Of a DNA stretch of 64,000 bases, positions 38,601 through 52,465 are shown in pieces. The position numbers and the translations under genes are program-made. Origin of the DNA: the human T2T-CHM13v2.0 reference genome, Homo sapiens. The stretch's first letter is position 1, and each line of letters begins with the position of its first letter. The notes below the pieces were generated by a model. It saw only the letters and a program-made list of their open reading frames with translations. It did not search any database and was not told the DNA's origin. The DNA lies in assembly GCF_009914755.1 (NCBI RefSeq), contig NC_060927.1, one strand, 5' to 3'.

Positions 38601-41324
38601 ATCGGTGTGGAGAATCTCTCAAGAAGATAATTCTATATTCATTCTCTCAATTTTCACACATCTGGGGGCAGAAAAAGTACTGAGAGAAAGATCTTTCCTG
38701 AAAAATATTTACCTGACTACATTTCCACCCCTTTCCTCAACAGTGAGAGAACAGCCATGTCTGCTAGCTAACACGTGCTGTTTGTAAAATGTGTTTGGTG
38801 TGCAGAATCTCCACGTGGACAAGCCAGAGGGCTCCCTCTGAGAATTGTTTGTGTGTCCCCTTCTAGGGGACAATTGTCTATCCAGCACCTATGCATGCTG
38901 GGAACTTCCGCCTGCGTCATCCCAAATCAGGCTCCCAGGAAGCTGTGACGGAGACTGGGTGAAGGAGAGTTGGCAGCCTGCACTTTACAGCTAAGGAAGC
39001 GGAGACTCAGAGAGGGATGGCAGCACTCACGAGACACCCAGCCACTTGCCAGGCTGGGAGGCGAGCCCCCGGGCATCTGGCTGCATGTCCGGCCTTCCTC
39101 TTTCGGGTCACAGCTGTCCGTTCTCATGGGAGCAATGTTCTGAAAGTTGAAAGCAATGGAAAATCCAAACCAAGCACCATCGTTTATTAATTGTACACAA
39201 TTTCCCTTCCATCCATCTATTTCCTTTTAATTCAGGCAAGCATACATCCACATGCTGCCCTAGCAGCCTGCACCCAGGCCTGGGGACTGGGTGCCCCAGG
39301 GGCCCCAGGGTTCTGGGGGTGGGTCATGGGGAAAGGCTGACTGGGTCCATGTTTGGGCAGTTCGAGGATGGCTGTGACTTTTTCCTGGAGAGCAGGGACC
39401 TGATATCTGTTAAGGGGCCTGACACAGCCTTCAAGACAAACTTACAGATGCTGACACTAAGCCCTGACACTAACTAGAGGGAGGAACTTCTGTCCTACTG
39501 CAGAAAGTGGGGAGGGGTTTTCTGACCCTGAGTGACGGAGGGACAGATGCCTGGGATCAGGCGTCAACTCCAGCCTCCCAGAGGTAGGGATGTTCAAGTC
39601 TATCTGCATTCAGGTTGGTGAAGCTCTTCCTTTTTCCCTCTCACCTCCTCCAGGTTCCTGGAGAGCCCACACCTCTCTCTTCTCCTGTCCTCAAGGAAAG
39701 GCCCAACCACCCTGATGTGTGACCTTGGCCAAGACCTCCTCTCACTCCCAGCTTCAGTCTTCTTATCCAGAAAACAGGAAATCTGGACTCTTCAATGTCA
39801 CAGTCCCTTTCGGCTTTCATATTCAGGAGTTTTCAGGCTTTGTTAAAAGCAAAATGCCCAGGCCCATCCCCTGTAGATTCAGGATGTGGTGCAGGCTCAG
39901 GCCAGGTTTGGGACTTCTGCAGGTTTCAACATCATCCCTGAGGAGTTGTCTGATGCCTATTAAAGTGCACCCTCTATGACAGTGTGTACCGAACATGGCT
40001 GAGTCAGTCTCTTGAGAATTCTTGCTGGAAATCAGCATTTTTAAACACCTCCCAGAAGATTCCAATGAGTACAGGTATGAAAAATGCTGGCCTCCAGAGA
40101 AGGCAATTTCTGCTGGCCCAAGCTCCCCCATTTGGGACCCAAGTCTAGCTGCCTAACTGTGCCTCAGTTTCCTTATGTATAATGTGGAAATCATGGCTTC
40201 CTTTAGCCTCTAACAGGCAGGCAGGAGACACAGCAGATTCCTGGAGCAGTGTGGCAGGGTGCCCGATCCTGGACCCCCACCGGGGAGAATTCCAGCCTCT
40301 GTATCTCCCCGACTGGGCAGGGTCGGGCTGGGGAGGGAGGGAAGCAAGCCCAGCCCCACCTCATAAATCATATGCCAGGAAATGCAGGGCAGGCGCCCCT
40401 GCCTCCATATATCCCACACATTAGATGCTTCACTGGTGTCCCACAAGCGAGCTTTGTGAAGCCAGGCTCAGGGAAGAGGGGTGGGCAGTTACCAGAAATG
40501 AAACCTCAGCCAGCTCACTCCGGGGTCGTCTGGCCCCACAAGTCTCCTAGTGCAGGGGCTGGAAGCACGGCTGTTATTATTTTTTTTCTTTTGGAGGGGA
40601 AGCATTTGGCCCCAGGTTTGAGGGCACACAAAAGGCCCTCAAAAAGGAGGCAGAAATCTATTACCCGCCTGGCCAGAAATAGCCCTGGGGGAGGCTGGGC
40701 TGAAGCCAAGGCCAGAAGCTGTCCAGGGGACCTCGCAGAGGCCTCTGCCAGGGGAGCAGGGGACAGCTCGCTGACTCCCCCGTGGGGCTGTCAGCTGCAG
40801 GGAAGGGCTGTGAGGGATGTTTCAGCCTCAGAAAATCTTGGGTTTCATTTCAGGCTCCCCAACAGGAGGGGTTCCTGTTGAGGAGTGACTCAGGGCATCT
40901 GGAAGCCGTGACTGGTCAGGGTTCAGGTGGGCGGGCTGTGTCCTGAACTGAGGGCACTCAGGTGAGGCTGGAACCCCAGGGTTGCACCCACCAGAGAGGG
41001 CGCCCTTGTGTCATTCATCTGCCCAGAGTGAGAGCCTCAGCCCCATTTAGACAAAGACTCCAACAGGCATCAGGAGACCCTGAACAGATTTCCCCACTTT
41101 GCCTGGCCCAGGGGAATGTCGAAGAAAGGAATATGCCTGTGCACGGTGGCTGAGCAGGGGTCTGCCGACCAGTAAGGGCACTGAGATAGAGACGGAGGGG
41201 AGCTGATGTTAGTTAGGCACCAGCAGATGGGGCAGTGGAGCATCAGGCAACAGGATAAGCTGCAAGGACACCCATGTCAGCGCCTCGAGGAGGAGACGCT
41301 CCTGGGGTATGCATTTGCTCAGCC

Positions 41325-42210
41325 TAATTAACAGTGACTGTGCCCATTTGGGGAACACTCACTCTGTGCCGGACACTGTATTAAATGCTATTTAACACTG
41401 CATTTGGGAAACAGTTCAACTTAGTGGTTAAGAACACAGATTTATTGTCAGATCTAGTACTTCCTAGCTGTGTGATCTTGGGTATATAATTTCACATCTC
41501 TGTGCTTGAGTTTCCCCAGCTATAAAATATGGATAATGTCGTTGCTTTGAGGATTAAGTGAGACAGACCATGCATGTGAAGAACAGAGTCTGGCACACAG
41601 TAAGTGCTCATTACATGTAGCTGCTATCTGTATGATCCCTTTAGCTCTTCACAACATGGAGATATGATTATATATTGGCTAGGCTAATGCCAGCTGCTAT
41701 AACAAATAAACCTCCACAATTCAGTAGCTTAATGAATATTTTTTGCTCAAATAATACAATGCTGGTGCTTCTGGTTAACAGGCAGCTCTCCTCCATGTGG
41801 TGATTCAGGGACCCAGGCTTAGAACTCTGGAGTCCCCTGAATGTGGGAGGAAGCTGGGAGAGATGGTGAAGAAGATAAGTTGGCATCTCAACCACACTGG
41901 TCTGGAAGTGATAGGCCTCCCTTCCACTCATTTTGTTGGTGACAACTAAATGATAAATAGCAGTCGGTTCAGTGTAAGGAATGCCCAGAAATGTAGTCCC
42001 TGCCCAGGCAGCCCCCATCTCATTTTGTGCTATGGAAGAGGGGGGACGAACCATGGGGGACAGTTAGCCATCTCCGCCACGTATCATTTAAGTGTTAAGA
42101 TGCTGAATCTCAGAGAAATTAACTCACCCAAGGCAGAGCAGCTTGCAAATGGCAGTGCTGAGATAGGAGCACACAGCGGTCTGCCTCCTACTGTTGATAT
42201 CTTTCCACCA
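41325..42210. mobile_element. Nested cluster: MIR(-) split by MIR(+) (about 41405-41630) and an MLT1K/L-like LTR(-) (about 41669-42082)
   Basis: MIR cores on both strands; LTR begins tatattggctaggctaatgccagctgctataacaaat. Confidence 0.7.
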
Positions 42211-42634
42211 AACACAACTGCCTCAGCCCAGGGCATTTCATCTCTTTCTGCCTGTCTGAGGTCAGGTTCTTCAACCGATAGGAGGGGAAGAGTGAGGACC
42301 TGATTCTCAGGTTGCATCTGTACCAGTCTCATGGCCCAAACAGATTCAAGGGCCTTAGTTGATGCTGGGAATGGCTGCCACTGGGACAGATGGAGAGAAG
42401 AGTGGGACCCAGATGATGGGCTGTATTTAAGACCTCAGTGGGCAAGACTCCAGCTGGGAGTCAGGCCTCAGTCCTGAAGGTGGCCTGAGATGCAAGTTGG
42501 AAAGGAAGTGTAGGGAGAGAGGGAAGCCCAGCTCCTGGGGCTGAACCATGTGGCTGATCAGCAAGGGAGAGTCCTTGGGGGCGCTTATCCCTGAGCTGGG
42601 GGCAGCCGCGAGATTCTGGGAATGATGTGTGCAG

Positions 42635-42870
42635 CTGTCCTGGTTTGGTGCTCTCTGAAATACACTTGAGACAAGCGGTCAAGCATGAACAGTTTATTTG
42701 GCAGTCGACCCTAGGAAATACCAGTTGACTAGGGCTGGGGAGAAGGAGGCAGGGGCAAGAAGGCTGTTATGGAGCACGTGACCCTGTGGGTAGGTGGAGC
42801 TTAGTCTTGTTGTGGACCTCTGAAAGACACCGTAGAACATCCCTCAAAGCCATCCCAGCAGGGGCTTTAC
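42635..42870 (-). mobile_element. ERVL LTR fragment (LTR33-like)
   Basis: cacttgagacaagcggtcaagcatgaacagtttatttggcag. Confidence 0.55.
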
Positions 42871-43814
42871 CCACCAGTTCTCCATAGTAAACCCGCCAGC
42901 ATGTAGAGGGAAAGTGGGGGGTCAGCAGCACCTGCCCACTGGGTGTTACTTTCCTGGGGCTCAGAATTGCCAGGCATGGCTGGATATTGATGCCAAGGCT
43001 GCTGGCATATTTCCTGGGTTGGCTTAGAGATTGGGGTGCATGTTCAGGCAGTGAATGGCCGGGTATGACCCATGAATGGGAAAGAAGGGAAGTAAGTGTA
43101 TCCTCCTGAGGCAGGAACGAAGGCAGGGGGAGGATGACCCAGGAGCCACAGCCATGCTTCCAGGGACTCCCCACCAGCAGAACGTGTCCATTTTCTCTCC
43201 CTCCCCTCTCTGTACTTACTAAGTGTACATCCAGGCTGCCTCACTCGAGAGCACACAGCAATTCTCCATGCTGCACATCAGGGCGGTCGAGCAGGTACCC
43301 ATGCGAGCAGGGAAGCCGGGTGGCTGGGGGCTCCTTCTGAAGTAAGCAGGGCCCCCCATGTGGCCAGGCCAGATCCATAGAGAAGGCCCTTTAAATCACA
43401 CCTTTGAGGTATTTTCTCTCCTGTTTCAAAAGTTTCCGTGGAAGATTCAGGAATGAATGCCCTATTAAATACATTTTAAGGTAATGAAGTATAATTTCCC
43501 TGCCAGAAATACAGGAGGCAGGTGGCTGGTGGGAACAGCAGCACCTTTCAGCCAATTCTTGGGCTCCCAGATTTGTGTCCAGAGAGAGGTGGAGAGTTTG
43601 GAGGGGTGAGGAAGGATACTGGGCATGGGTCGGTGACTTTGTCCTACTAGAACAACACAGGGATACTCAGAAGTGCCTGGTGAGTGTAGGGTAAGTGTTC
43701 CGTGGACAGGAGATGCGGGCTCACACCAGCAGTCAGTACCGAAGCCCCTTGGCCTGGCTGTAGAGGGCTGAGTGGGGAAGAACGTCCCGATTGGGGTTGA
43801 AGGTTCAATGTTCA

Positions 43815-44050
43815 AGTTGGAGAAAGCCTGAGCTTTGCACCAGACACTATTGGGGTTGAATCCTTGGCTCATTACTCACACGTTCCGTTCCCTGACCTTG
43901 ACCAAGGAACCTCACTTCTTGAGCAGCAACTTCCTTATCTGTAAAATAGGAACTATGGTTGTTGAATCTACCTTCTAGGGTAGAGGGGGATTAAATGGGA
44001 GAAGCCATAGAAAGCACCTGACGCAGAGTAGGCACTTGAGTGTCGTTGAT
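43815..44050 (+). mobile_element. MIR
   Basis: gggttgaatccttggctc...ttccttatctgtaaaatagg. Confidence 0.8.
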
Positions 44051-45334
44051 TAAGGAAGACGGACGGTTGTGGTGTAATAAAACGAATAGAAACTCACGAG
44101 GTGCCTACTATGCACAGACACTCCCGAATGTGCTCCAGGCATTTGCTCATTTACTTAAGCAAGAAGCTGGGATCAGACAGAAGTGGAGAATGCACAGACT
44201 AAGCTGGCAATAGGCAGGGTCCCATGGATGGTCAGCCAGGGACAGTGGGAACACCGCTCCTGGGGTTGGCTGCGGCAGGCATCCATAGAGAGGGTGCCTG
44301 ATGTTCTGGGTGTGGCAGGAGAATGCAGGCTGCAATGACACTTGAAGTCCAGCAAGCAGCAGATGTGACCTAATTGGGATGCCAGGTCTGTGGCCTGCCT
44401 GCCACCACTCTGAAGCCTATGTCTCTGGCTGACATAACAAACCCATTGCAGAATGTTCCCCCTGGGAATCTCTCTGTCCTTCTCAATGAGAGTTGCCAAG
44501 TGAAGTTATATCAACCTGCCGCCTTTGTGCTTACAGATGAACCCACAGAAAAAGAGGGTGGGTGTGAGAAACAGAGCCCTTCACCTGATATTGGGGTGCT
44601 GCTCTTGGACCCCAGCCTTAAAACAACTTCCCCCTCTCCCCATAACATACACAACCCTGTGGGACAGGATTGACTCAGGAAAGGATCGGGAGCTGAGTCT
44701 CCAAGTTCAAGAGCTCCAGGACTGCAGCTGAGCAAAGGCTGGGGCTGGCAGAGGCCACTGACAGCCCCTGGCTCAGCCAGTGCCTCAGTTCCCCATCTGG
44801 AAAACGCAGGGCACATGTAGGCTCTCCAATGGCCTCCACATTCCTAAAACCCAGCCAGCTAAGAATGTCTCCAGAGAAGATATTTGTGGCAAGGAGCCCA
44901 CACTTGGGTCTTGCCCCCAGGAACTCCCCCTGGGAAAAGTTGAGGGTACAGAACTAAGATTGGAAACCTCCACAAGTCTGACAGGAACCCAGCTCCATCA
45001 GGCATATTGTGGCATTTCTCAGAGTCTCTCCTGTTCTCCAGCTTCCTCCAAGTGTGAATTGTTCATTTTATGTTTTCCCTGATTCCATCACTCAATTAAC
45101 CCCATAGCAGGTGCCACCTCCTCCATGCCACCTTTAGCACAGCACAGGAATTACTAGAAACTTCTGTCCTGCGAGGACCGGCATTCCTTCTATTTCATGT
45201 TCTGCTCCATCCGGGACACTACCCTCCCCTGCCAGTTTCTCCTGCTCACCACTCATTTCCATGTGTGTCTCTTGTATTTCTTTGCTGTCACTCATCTGAG
45301 CTTTCTCAGCTCAGAGTTGTAAATTGTGACTTAA

Positions 45335-45703
<369 letters not shown>

Positions 45704-46459
45704 TTAGAGACTGATCATGAGTCAGACTAAGCATGTGCATGGATCTTAGGAAAGGATAAAGGAATTGTGCAGATCACATGCTGAGTGTAGATCACAATGC
45801 TGAAGCCATTATTGAGATTGTTTTCAGTGTCTGAAACCCTTTTCAACGCCTCTGGCTTTCTGTTCCCCACAGGTGCTCCTTTCCCCTTAATCTTGTTCAT
45901 TACCTGCCCAGAATGATCTCTGCCTCTTCCTACCACCTGGAATCAGATCCAGGAGCTGGTGAGTGAGCTCGGGCATAGTGGGAGGCCCCAGAGCCACAAG
46001 GGGTGTGAAAGGCAGGTTGCAGCCAGGACAGATGGGGAGGTTATAGGCCAAGGTCAAAGAACCAGGAATGTTAGCTGAGGTTGCAGGGTGATGGTGACAG
46101 GTAATCAGTTGCTAAGGCAAAGCTGGGCTGGGCATTGAGAACCAAGAAAACTACATCTTGGGGTAAGGTCTGAAAGCAAAGTCTCCAGGGCCAAAGTCCT
46201 CACTGTGCATCTCTCTATACAGCCCAGTGTCACCAGGCAACTTCCCCAGGTGTTTTTGAGAACATACCCCATTCCCAATAGCACCATTCATACGGCAAGT
46301 AGGTGTATCACCCTGCACTGCTCATCACTGTTGCATTTGTGGACACCTCATCTTGTGAGTGAGACTGTAAGACTTGGTGAGGGGATACAGGGTCTCTGTC
46401 TTCTTTTTAAGGCCCCAGGTGCTCAGCACAGAGGATAGTGGAAGTAGCAGTGATGTAAC

Positions 46460-46640
46460 TCTGGCTGGCCTGGGTTTGGATAACAGGTCTGCTGCTTATG
46501 GCTGTGACTTGGGGCAAGTCACCAAACCTCTCTGCATTATTCAGCTCAGGGATGAATAAGGTGCACTGGAAAGGGCTGTTTTGAGGATTGAATGAGATTA
46601 TATAGAAATCACAGGGTCCCTGGATACACACAGTAACTGT
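46460..46640 (+). mobile_element. MIR
   Basis: gctgtgacttggggcaagtcaccaaacctctctg. Confidence 0.7.
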
Positions 46641-46876
46641 CCATTGTCCGTTCTTCCTTATCAATCAGTATATGTCTACTGATTGCTTTTCTTGAATGAA
46701 TGATTTATTTATTTGCAAATGTCAGGGCACTAAAGCATAGGAAATGTTCTCATCCTTCAAGCCCCTTCTATTTTGGGGTGAAAAGGAGATTCAGGGAGCA
46801 GGAGTTGAATGGCTGCAGCAAGTGTGGTGAATGAGAGATGCCATGACTTCCCAATTCCCACGATCATCTTGCCTTC

Positions 46877-47247
46877 TGTGTTAGTTTGCTGGGGCTGCCG
46901 TAACAAAACACCATCAATCAGGTGTGGGCTTAAGCAATAGACATTCATTTTCTCTGGCTTCTGGAGGCTGGAGGTCCAAGGTCAAGGTGCTGGCAGGGCT
47001 GGTTTCCTCTGAGGCTTCTGTCCTGGGCTCCTTCTATACATGGCCATTCCCCAGTATGGGCACCCCTGGTATCTCCTTCTGTTCCAGAGGGACACCAGTC
47101 AGATTGGATTAGGACCCACTCTAAGGGCCTCCTTTTAACATAATCACCTCTTTGAAGACCCTCTCTCCAAATCCAGTCCTATTCTGAGGTACTGGTGGTT
47201 AGGGCTTCAACATGAAATTTGCAGGGGATGCAATTCAGCCCACAGCA
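46877..47247 (-). mobile_element. MaLR solo LTR (MLT1B-like) with 5-bp TSD ccttc
   Basis: tgtgttagtttgctggggctgccgtaacaaa...attcagcccacagca; ccttc on both flanks. Confidence 0.9.
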
Positions 47248-48399
47248 CCTTCCCCTCTTGCTAACTACGCCACTGCACAGGGCTTCGTGCCCTCCTGTGA
47301 GCTCAGTTCCTCGAGAGTCCCAGCACCCCTGAGCTCTAGCCGCAGGGATCACCTTTTCCAGGCCCTGCTGACCCGGGCTGGCAGCAGGCCTACCTCATGT
47401 ACAGCTCACTTATGCAGGCTCTGTTCTCTCTCCTGGGGGTCTCCTGGGCCACTCACTCCCCAACCCAGAGGGCCTCCCAGGAACTGCAGCCACCTTCTCA
47501 GCAACACAGGAGGCAGGCATCAGGAAATTGCCTGGCATGGAGCTCTCCTCCGCTCTCAGACCCCTGCATTCCCCAGTCCAAGGTCCTGCTCCTGGGAGTG
47601 GAAGGAGGCAAATCTCAGCCCCTCCCTCCCACTCCCCATGGCTAGGGTGGGGTATGGCTCATGGATCCCAAACTCCTCCTGCAGGGGCACCTGAACTGGA
47701 GTCCAAGCTCAACCTCTGGTGCCTTGTGCTGGGGAGGTGTTCGATACAAGAGAGTCTTTCTAAAGACAAAGTAGGTGGTAACACTCCCCCATGCAGCCTT
47801 CAGTGACTGTGGCCCAAGGACCCACCTGGGGTGACACGAGGCTCTGCACCCTGGGGCCGACCTTCTTGCAGGCACATCTGCTGCCACACCCCAGCAAACA
47901 AGCCGTCCACGTGTCCTTCTCTTCTGTTTGCTCAAGCAGTCACCTCTCCCTGGATGCCCGTGGCCCTTCTTCCACCTGGCCAGCCCCTGCCAGCCCTGCC
48001 CTGTTCTCTGCTCCCCTAGTATGGGGGACAGGGCTTCGGGAACTGACCTCTGTTTCCACCCCAATACCATCACGCTGCAGCTGGGTGGTCTCAGCCACAC
48101 CAGCAAACATACCAGGCATGCTATTTTTTTTAAAAAATCCCATTTTCAGAATACTGAGGTTAATTCAGACTCACATTCACCATCCTCCCTGTTTCTTACC
48201 CATCTTCACAGCCAGCACAATGAAACGCCTGGGATACCTGGCAAACCTTATCATCAAAGACAGATTCAGTGATATCCCCTGGACTCATGGGTGGCCTAAG
48301 GCCCTGACTGCCGCTCTGTGGCTGGAAAAAGGGGACACCCTGGGTGTGGGGAGCCTGAGGCCCTTGAGTCTTTGGTGAGTGCTCTGTATGACCCAGCGA

Positions 48400-49040
48400 G
48401 TGAGGTCACCCTCTCTCTCTCTCCCCATCCTCCTTCCTCTCTCACTTGAAAGCACTCTTTGGTGCTCACTCAACACGGTCCCTGTTGGTCATCTCACCCA
48501 CTTCCTCGGCCTCACTATGCACCCAGGCCCCAATGACATCCAGATATATTTCCCTCTCTGGCCTCTCCCACACACTCCAACCCACACAGCCAAGAGCTGC
48601 CTGGACACACCCACCTGGATGCCCTCTGGGCAACACCACTTCATGTGTTCAACATCAAAGTCATCGTTTCCTCTGATGGCCAGTCAGCTCTTTCTCCTGG
48701 GCTCCACAGCTCAGGAATGCAGCCTGTATCTGGTCAAACAGGCCAGGGCTTGAGCACTTCATGAAGCTCTTCCTTCACTCACTGTGTCTGGCCAAACCTA
48801 CCTGGCTTGCGGAGTGGTTCTGTCATCCAGCCCTCCTCGTCCTCCAAGGTCCCTCCCTGATGTAGGCCACCCGCATCTGTCTTGAGGATGAAAGCAACAG
48901 CCCTTTTCCTCATCACGTCACAGTCTTCCACTTCACTGTCATCCTGTGATTCTTCCAGAACATAAATATCTGCCCCAGTCATTCTCCTGCTTATGCGAGT
49001 GCAAGCTGCGCTTCATGAGAACTGGGACCTCGTTTATTAT
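48400..49040 (+). mobile_element. L2 (degenerate internal and 3' parts)
   Basis: gcctggacacacccacctggatgcc...cttcatgagaactgggacc. Confidence 0.6.
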
Positions 49041-49044
49041 TTTT

Positions 49045-49510
49045 GGGGGTCATGGTCCTGGGGAGAGACAATGGCACACACACCAAGCTGAGAAACTGAG
49101 GAAAGTTTGGTAAAGGGACCACTTACAAGGATGTGGGCAGAGTTTAAAGAGAACAGCAAAGATGGTGCGACACCCAGGATGAGTAACGGTGGAGATCCAT
49201 TGCCAACCCAGCCTGGAGGGTCCCGAGAGGCAGCGGTTTCCTTGACCCAGAGAGAGTTGTCTGGAGAGGGCAGCCTGCCAGCAGCAGTGGCCAGGGGATT
49301 CAGTCACCGCTGGCCCACAGGGGAGGGGAATGGGGTGATAAATAGCCCATCACTCTCTCCCTTCGCCCTCTGATCTCTTGCTAGTGCATCTAATTTGCCA
49401 CCTCTAACCAGCAGCCAGAGGGCGGGGGGCGGGGTGCTGATGTGGTTAGCCTCCCAGGTCAGAGGAGGGTGCCCAGAGAACCTGAGGAACCAGTGGAAGA
49501 TTCCAGCTCA
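49045..49510. mobile_element. Ancient ERVL LTR (LTR41-like) carrying a CTCF-like motif at 49412-49425
   Basis: atggcacacacaccaagctgagaaactgaggaaagtttggtaaagggaccacttacaagg; cagccagagggcgg. Confidence 0.6.
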
Positions 49511-49559
49511 CCACTATCTCTCTGGCACCCAGGGACCAACCAAGCAATGAATCAATAAA

Positions 49560-49915
49560 GGTTTCCAAATGCACGTGAGGATGATGCCAGACTTCTTGGC
49601 CTGGCATTTAAAGTCCTTCATGAATCTTACCCTTTCACATGTCCTACACCCAACTTCCTGCTAGGTAGGTACTGCTCCGTCTCTAAGGCACAGCTCAAGT
49701 GGCATCTCTTCTGGGAAGCCCTTCCTCACTCCCATGAAAAGTCAGCCATTTTGCTCCTACAGACCTAACTCACCCCTCACCTTTCCAATAATATGTATTG
49801 CTTTCTATTCAGATCTCTTCGCAGGTCTCTCTTTCCCAGACATGATGAGCACCATCATATTTATCTCTCTGTCCCCAGCATCTGGCACAGAGTAGGTGCT
49901 TAATAAAACATTAGT
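49560..49915 (+). mobile_element. L2 3' fragment
   Basis: ggcctggcatttaaagtccttc...ctggcacagagtaggtgcttaataaa. Confidence 0.7.
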
Positions 49916-50964
49916 AAGTTAATTTAAAATGTCAGGATATAATTGACATATGATCATTCCTAATGCCTACAATGGAGGCAGTGACTTTTTCTGTGCAGTC
50001 AAAGATGCTTCAGGGTTTTTTTTTCACCTTATGATTTAAAAAAAATGATTGTGATATCTTACAGATTTGAGACAGAAAGTTGATTTAATTTTTTTAGTGT
50101 ATAATAAAAGGCCCAAAGTAAAAGATCAAAAGGTGCTTCCACTCAGACCCAAGCAAAGCCAAAACCAATGAAGCTGGCACAGAGGGAAAGCTCCCCCATT
50201 GACCCTGAGGTGTGCCAGCTTGCAATTCCTGCTTAGCCTTTCAAGCATCATAAACTAATGGAATTGAAAGCCACTATTTGGAAGCAGAGTTTACAGACCA
50301 CTTACCAATGGAGAGGCATTTTGTGGACACAGGCTATGAAGCCTGTTTTCATTTTGATGTTTTTAAAATCTAATTTCCATGCAAATAGGAAAGGATGTGT
50401 TTAAGAGTGTCGACTTTGGGATTTGTTTGACTGTCAAATGGCATGACTAATATTTGGGGACTGGAAAGTGTCCAAGGACACTTAAGGAAATCCAGTATTA
50501 CAAAGGGAGCCAAATATGTTGTGATTAGAGCATTCACTGTCCCAAGAAAATAAATGAGCTGGCTCAGAAGACAAGCCACTTTGCACTGCCCATTGGCTTC
50601 TGAGCAATTCTGTTCCCAAGAATCTGCGATCATGGAAGAAGACCCATTGTTGCAACATTGGTTAAAAACTCATTTATTCAAGTGTTTTTAAAATGAAATT
50701 TTAAATATCCAGAGGGGAAAAAAGTTGCCAAAGTTTAGGCCTGAGGGGAAGCGCTGTACTAGTAGAGTTTTAACAGGTAGTTTGTTTTTGCATTGTTTGC
50801 AGTGAATAACACTGATAGCCTGAAATTTAAAAGCAGTAGTAAGAAGGGAAGTAAGAATTTAGTTGTCTGGGGTCACTCTCCTGATTAAAAAGGAAAAGAG
50901 TCATGCAAAACTAGTAGGAGGAAATTGGGTATGTTTAAAGAATATTTTAAGAAATCTTTTTAGG

Positions 50965-51252
50965 AGCCAGGCATGGTGGCTTATGCCCGTAAGCCTAACA
51001 CTTTGGGAGGCCAAGTTGGGAGAATCGTTGAGCCCAGAAGTTCAAGACTAGCCTGGTCAACAGGGTGAGACCACATCTCTACAATAAATTAAAACACAAA
51101 AAATTTAGCCAGGCATGGTGGTTCACACCTGTAGCAAGAGGATCACTTAAGCCTAGGAGTAGGAGGCTATAGTGAGCTATGATCACGCCAGCTATGATCA
51201 CGCCACTGTACTCCAGCCTGGGTGACAGAGTGAGACCGTGTCTCAAAAAAAA
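50965..51252 (+). mobile_element. AluJ with an internal deletion and a 15-bp duplication
   Basis: J-type Alu; tcccagctactcgggaggctga segment missing after cctgtag; gctatgatcacgcca x2 (51176-51205). Confidence 0.9.
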
Positions 51253-52465
51253 GTCTTAGAGTATGGCATACAAGAATTCAGCTTTGCCCTTCAGGTAGAA
51301 AAAAAATTATTATATTTGAATAGTACGGGGTAGAGCTGGGGGGCGCGGTGGGCAGAAATGAGGCAAGAGAGGTAGTTAGCATAGAAAATTCTCAAGTTGA
51401 AATAGTTTGAAAAGGGTAATTACCTCCTTTTATCTGAAAAGAGAAAATGAATAGTTAAAGGCTTTTTAAAGAAATAACTTGAAATCCTCACAGAGAGAAA
51501 TAAGAAGTTGAGCAGGGGACCCAGGAGGCCCAGAAAGCCACTGTTTCTTCCTAATGTCACACCAAGGACCAACTCTACATATGCAACATTAGAAACCAGC
51601 TGAAGTTTAATACAAGAGGCTATCCAAATTGGATTTGTAATTTCTCTATTTTATTCTAAATCTGATATCAAGACTTTATAGTTTTAGAGTAGTTGAATAA
51701 TATTTGCCATTGTTCTGATAAAGAGTTGGACCTTTCTAAGAAAAAACAGACACACACACATGCACACACATACCATTTGATCTTAGTTACACACACTGGG
51801 TCTATTGCCCCAGATCTTCACGAATCACTGCCTCCCCTAGTGGTCATTTACATAATTGCAGACTTGTGTCGTTTGCCCATTGGCAAAGGCCCCCGGGGAA
51901 ATTTACTCTCAGTGAATTTGATTTTACAAAAATCCCTGGTTTCTTCTTTGTTCCAGGGCACCACTGACACAGAGGCATGAGTACCAGGGGCTCTGAAGGT
52001 TCAAACTGTGATTCCTTATCACATGCCTAGAAACTTCCATTTTGAAGTGGAGCCTCTGGTTCTGGAAAGACATTTGCCTCTTTCTTTATCTAGATTTAAA
52101 TTTAATTTGCAATTTCTTTCTTCTTTCTTGATTTCTTGGTGCATAGCACGAGAAGTACAGCTATGTAGCCCTTCTCTGTCCCAAGCATAAGTCCCCTTAA
52201 AGGGCCAAAGAGCTATTGGTCCTTCCTTCCCAGACAGGAAAGGCTGGTTGAACCCAAAAGGTCTGTGGCTTGACATCTATTGATGTGAATATTGGTTTAA
52301 TTATTACTCCTGCTCACAAATCTCTCAGAGTGCATTTTTGTCCCCATTTCAGTCTGGTGTCCTGGCAACCACCTCCAGGGTTCTACTCTCTAACAGGAAA
52401 TGCAGTAGGGATGGAGGGTGGCAGAAGTGTTTCTTAATCACTTCCTCCAGTGTTGGGGAACTCAG

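Noticed and set aside
40249-40881. 210-aa ORF, the longest in the track
   Set aside because: Non-ATG start, no recognisable domain, composition typical of GC-rich non-coding DNA, no convincing exon boundaries
44023-44113. Tail-to-tail MIR/L2 hairpin as a possible miR-28/151-like precursor
   Set aside because: Only about 13 bp pair, with a roughly 65-nt loop; not pre-miRNA geometry
47791-48378. 195-aa ORF
   Set aside because: No domain or family resemblance; low-complexity Ser/Pro bias
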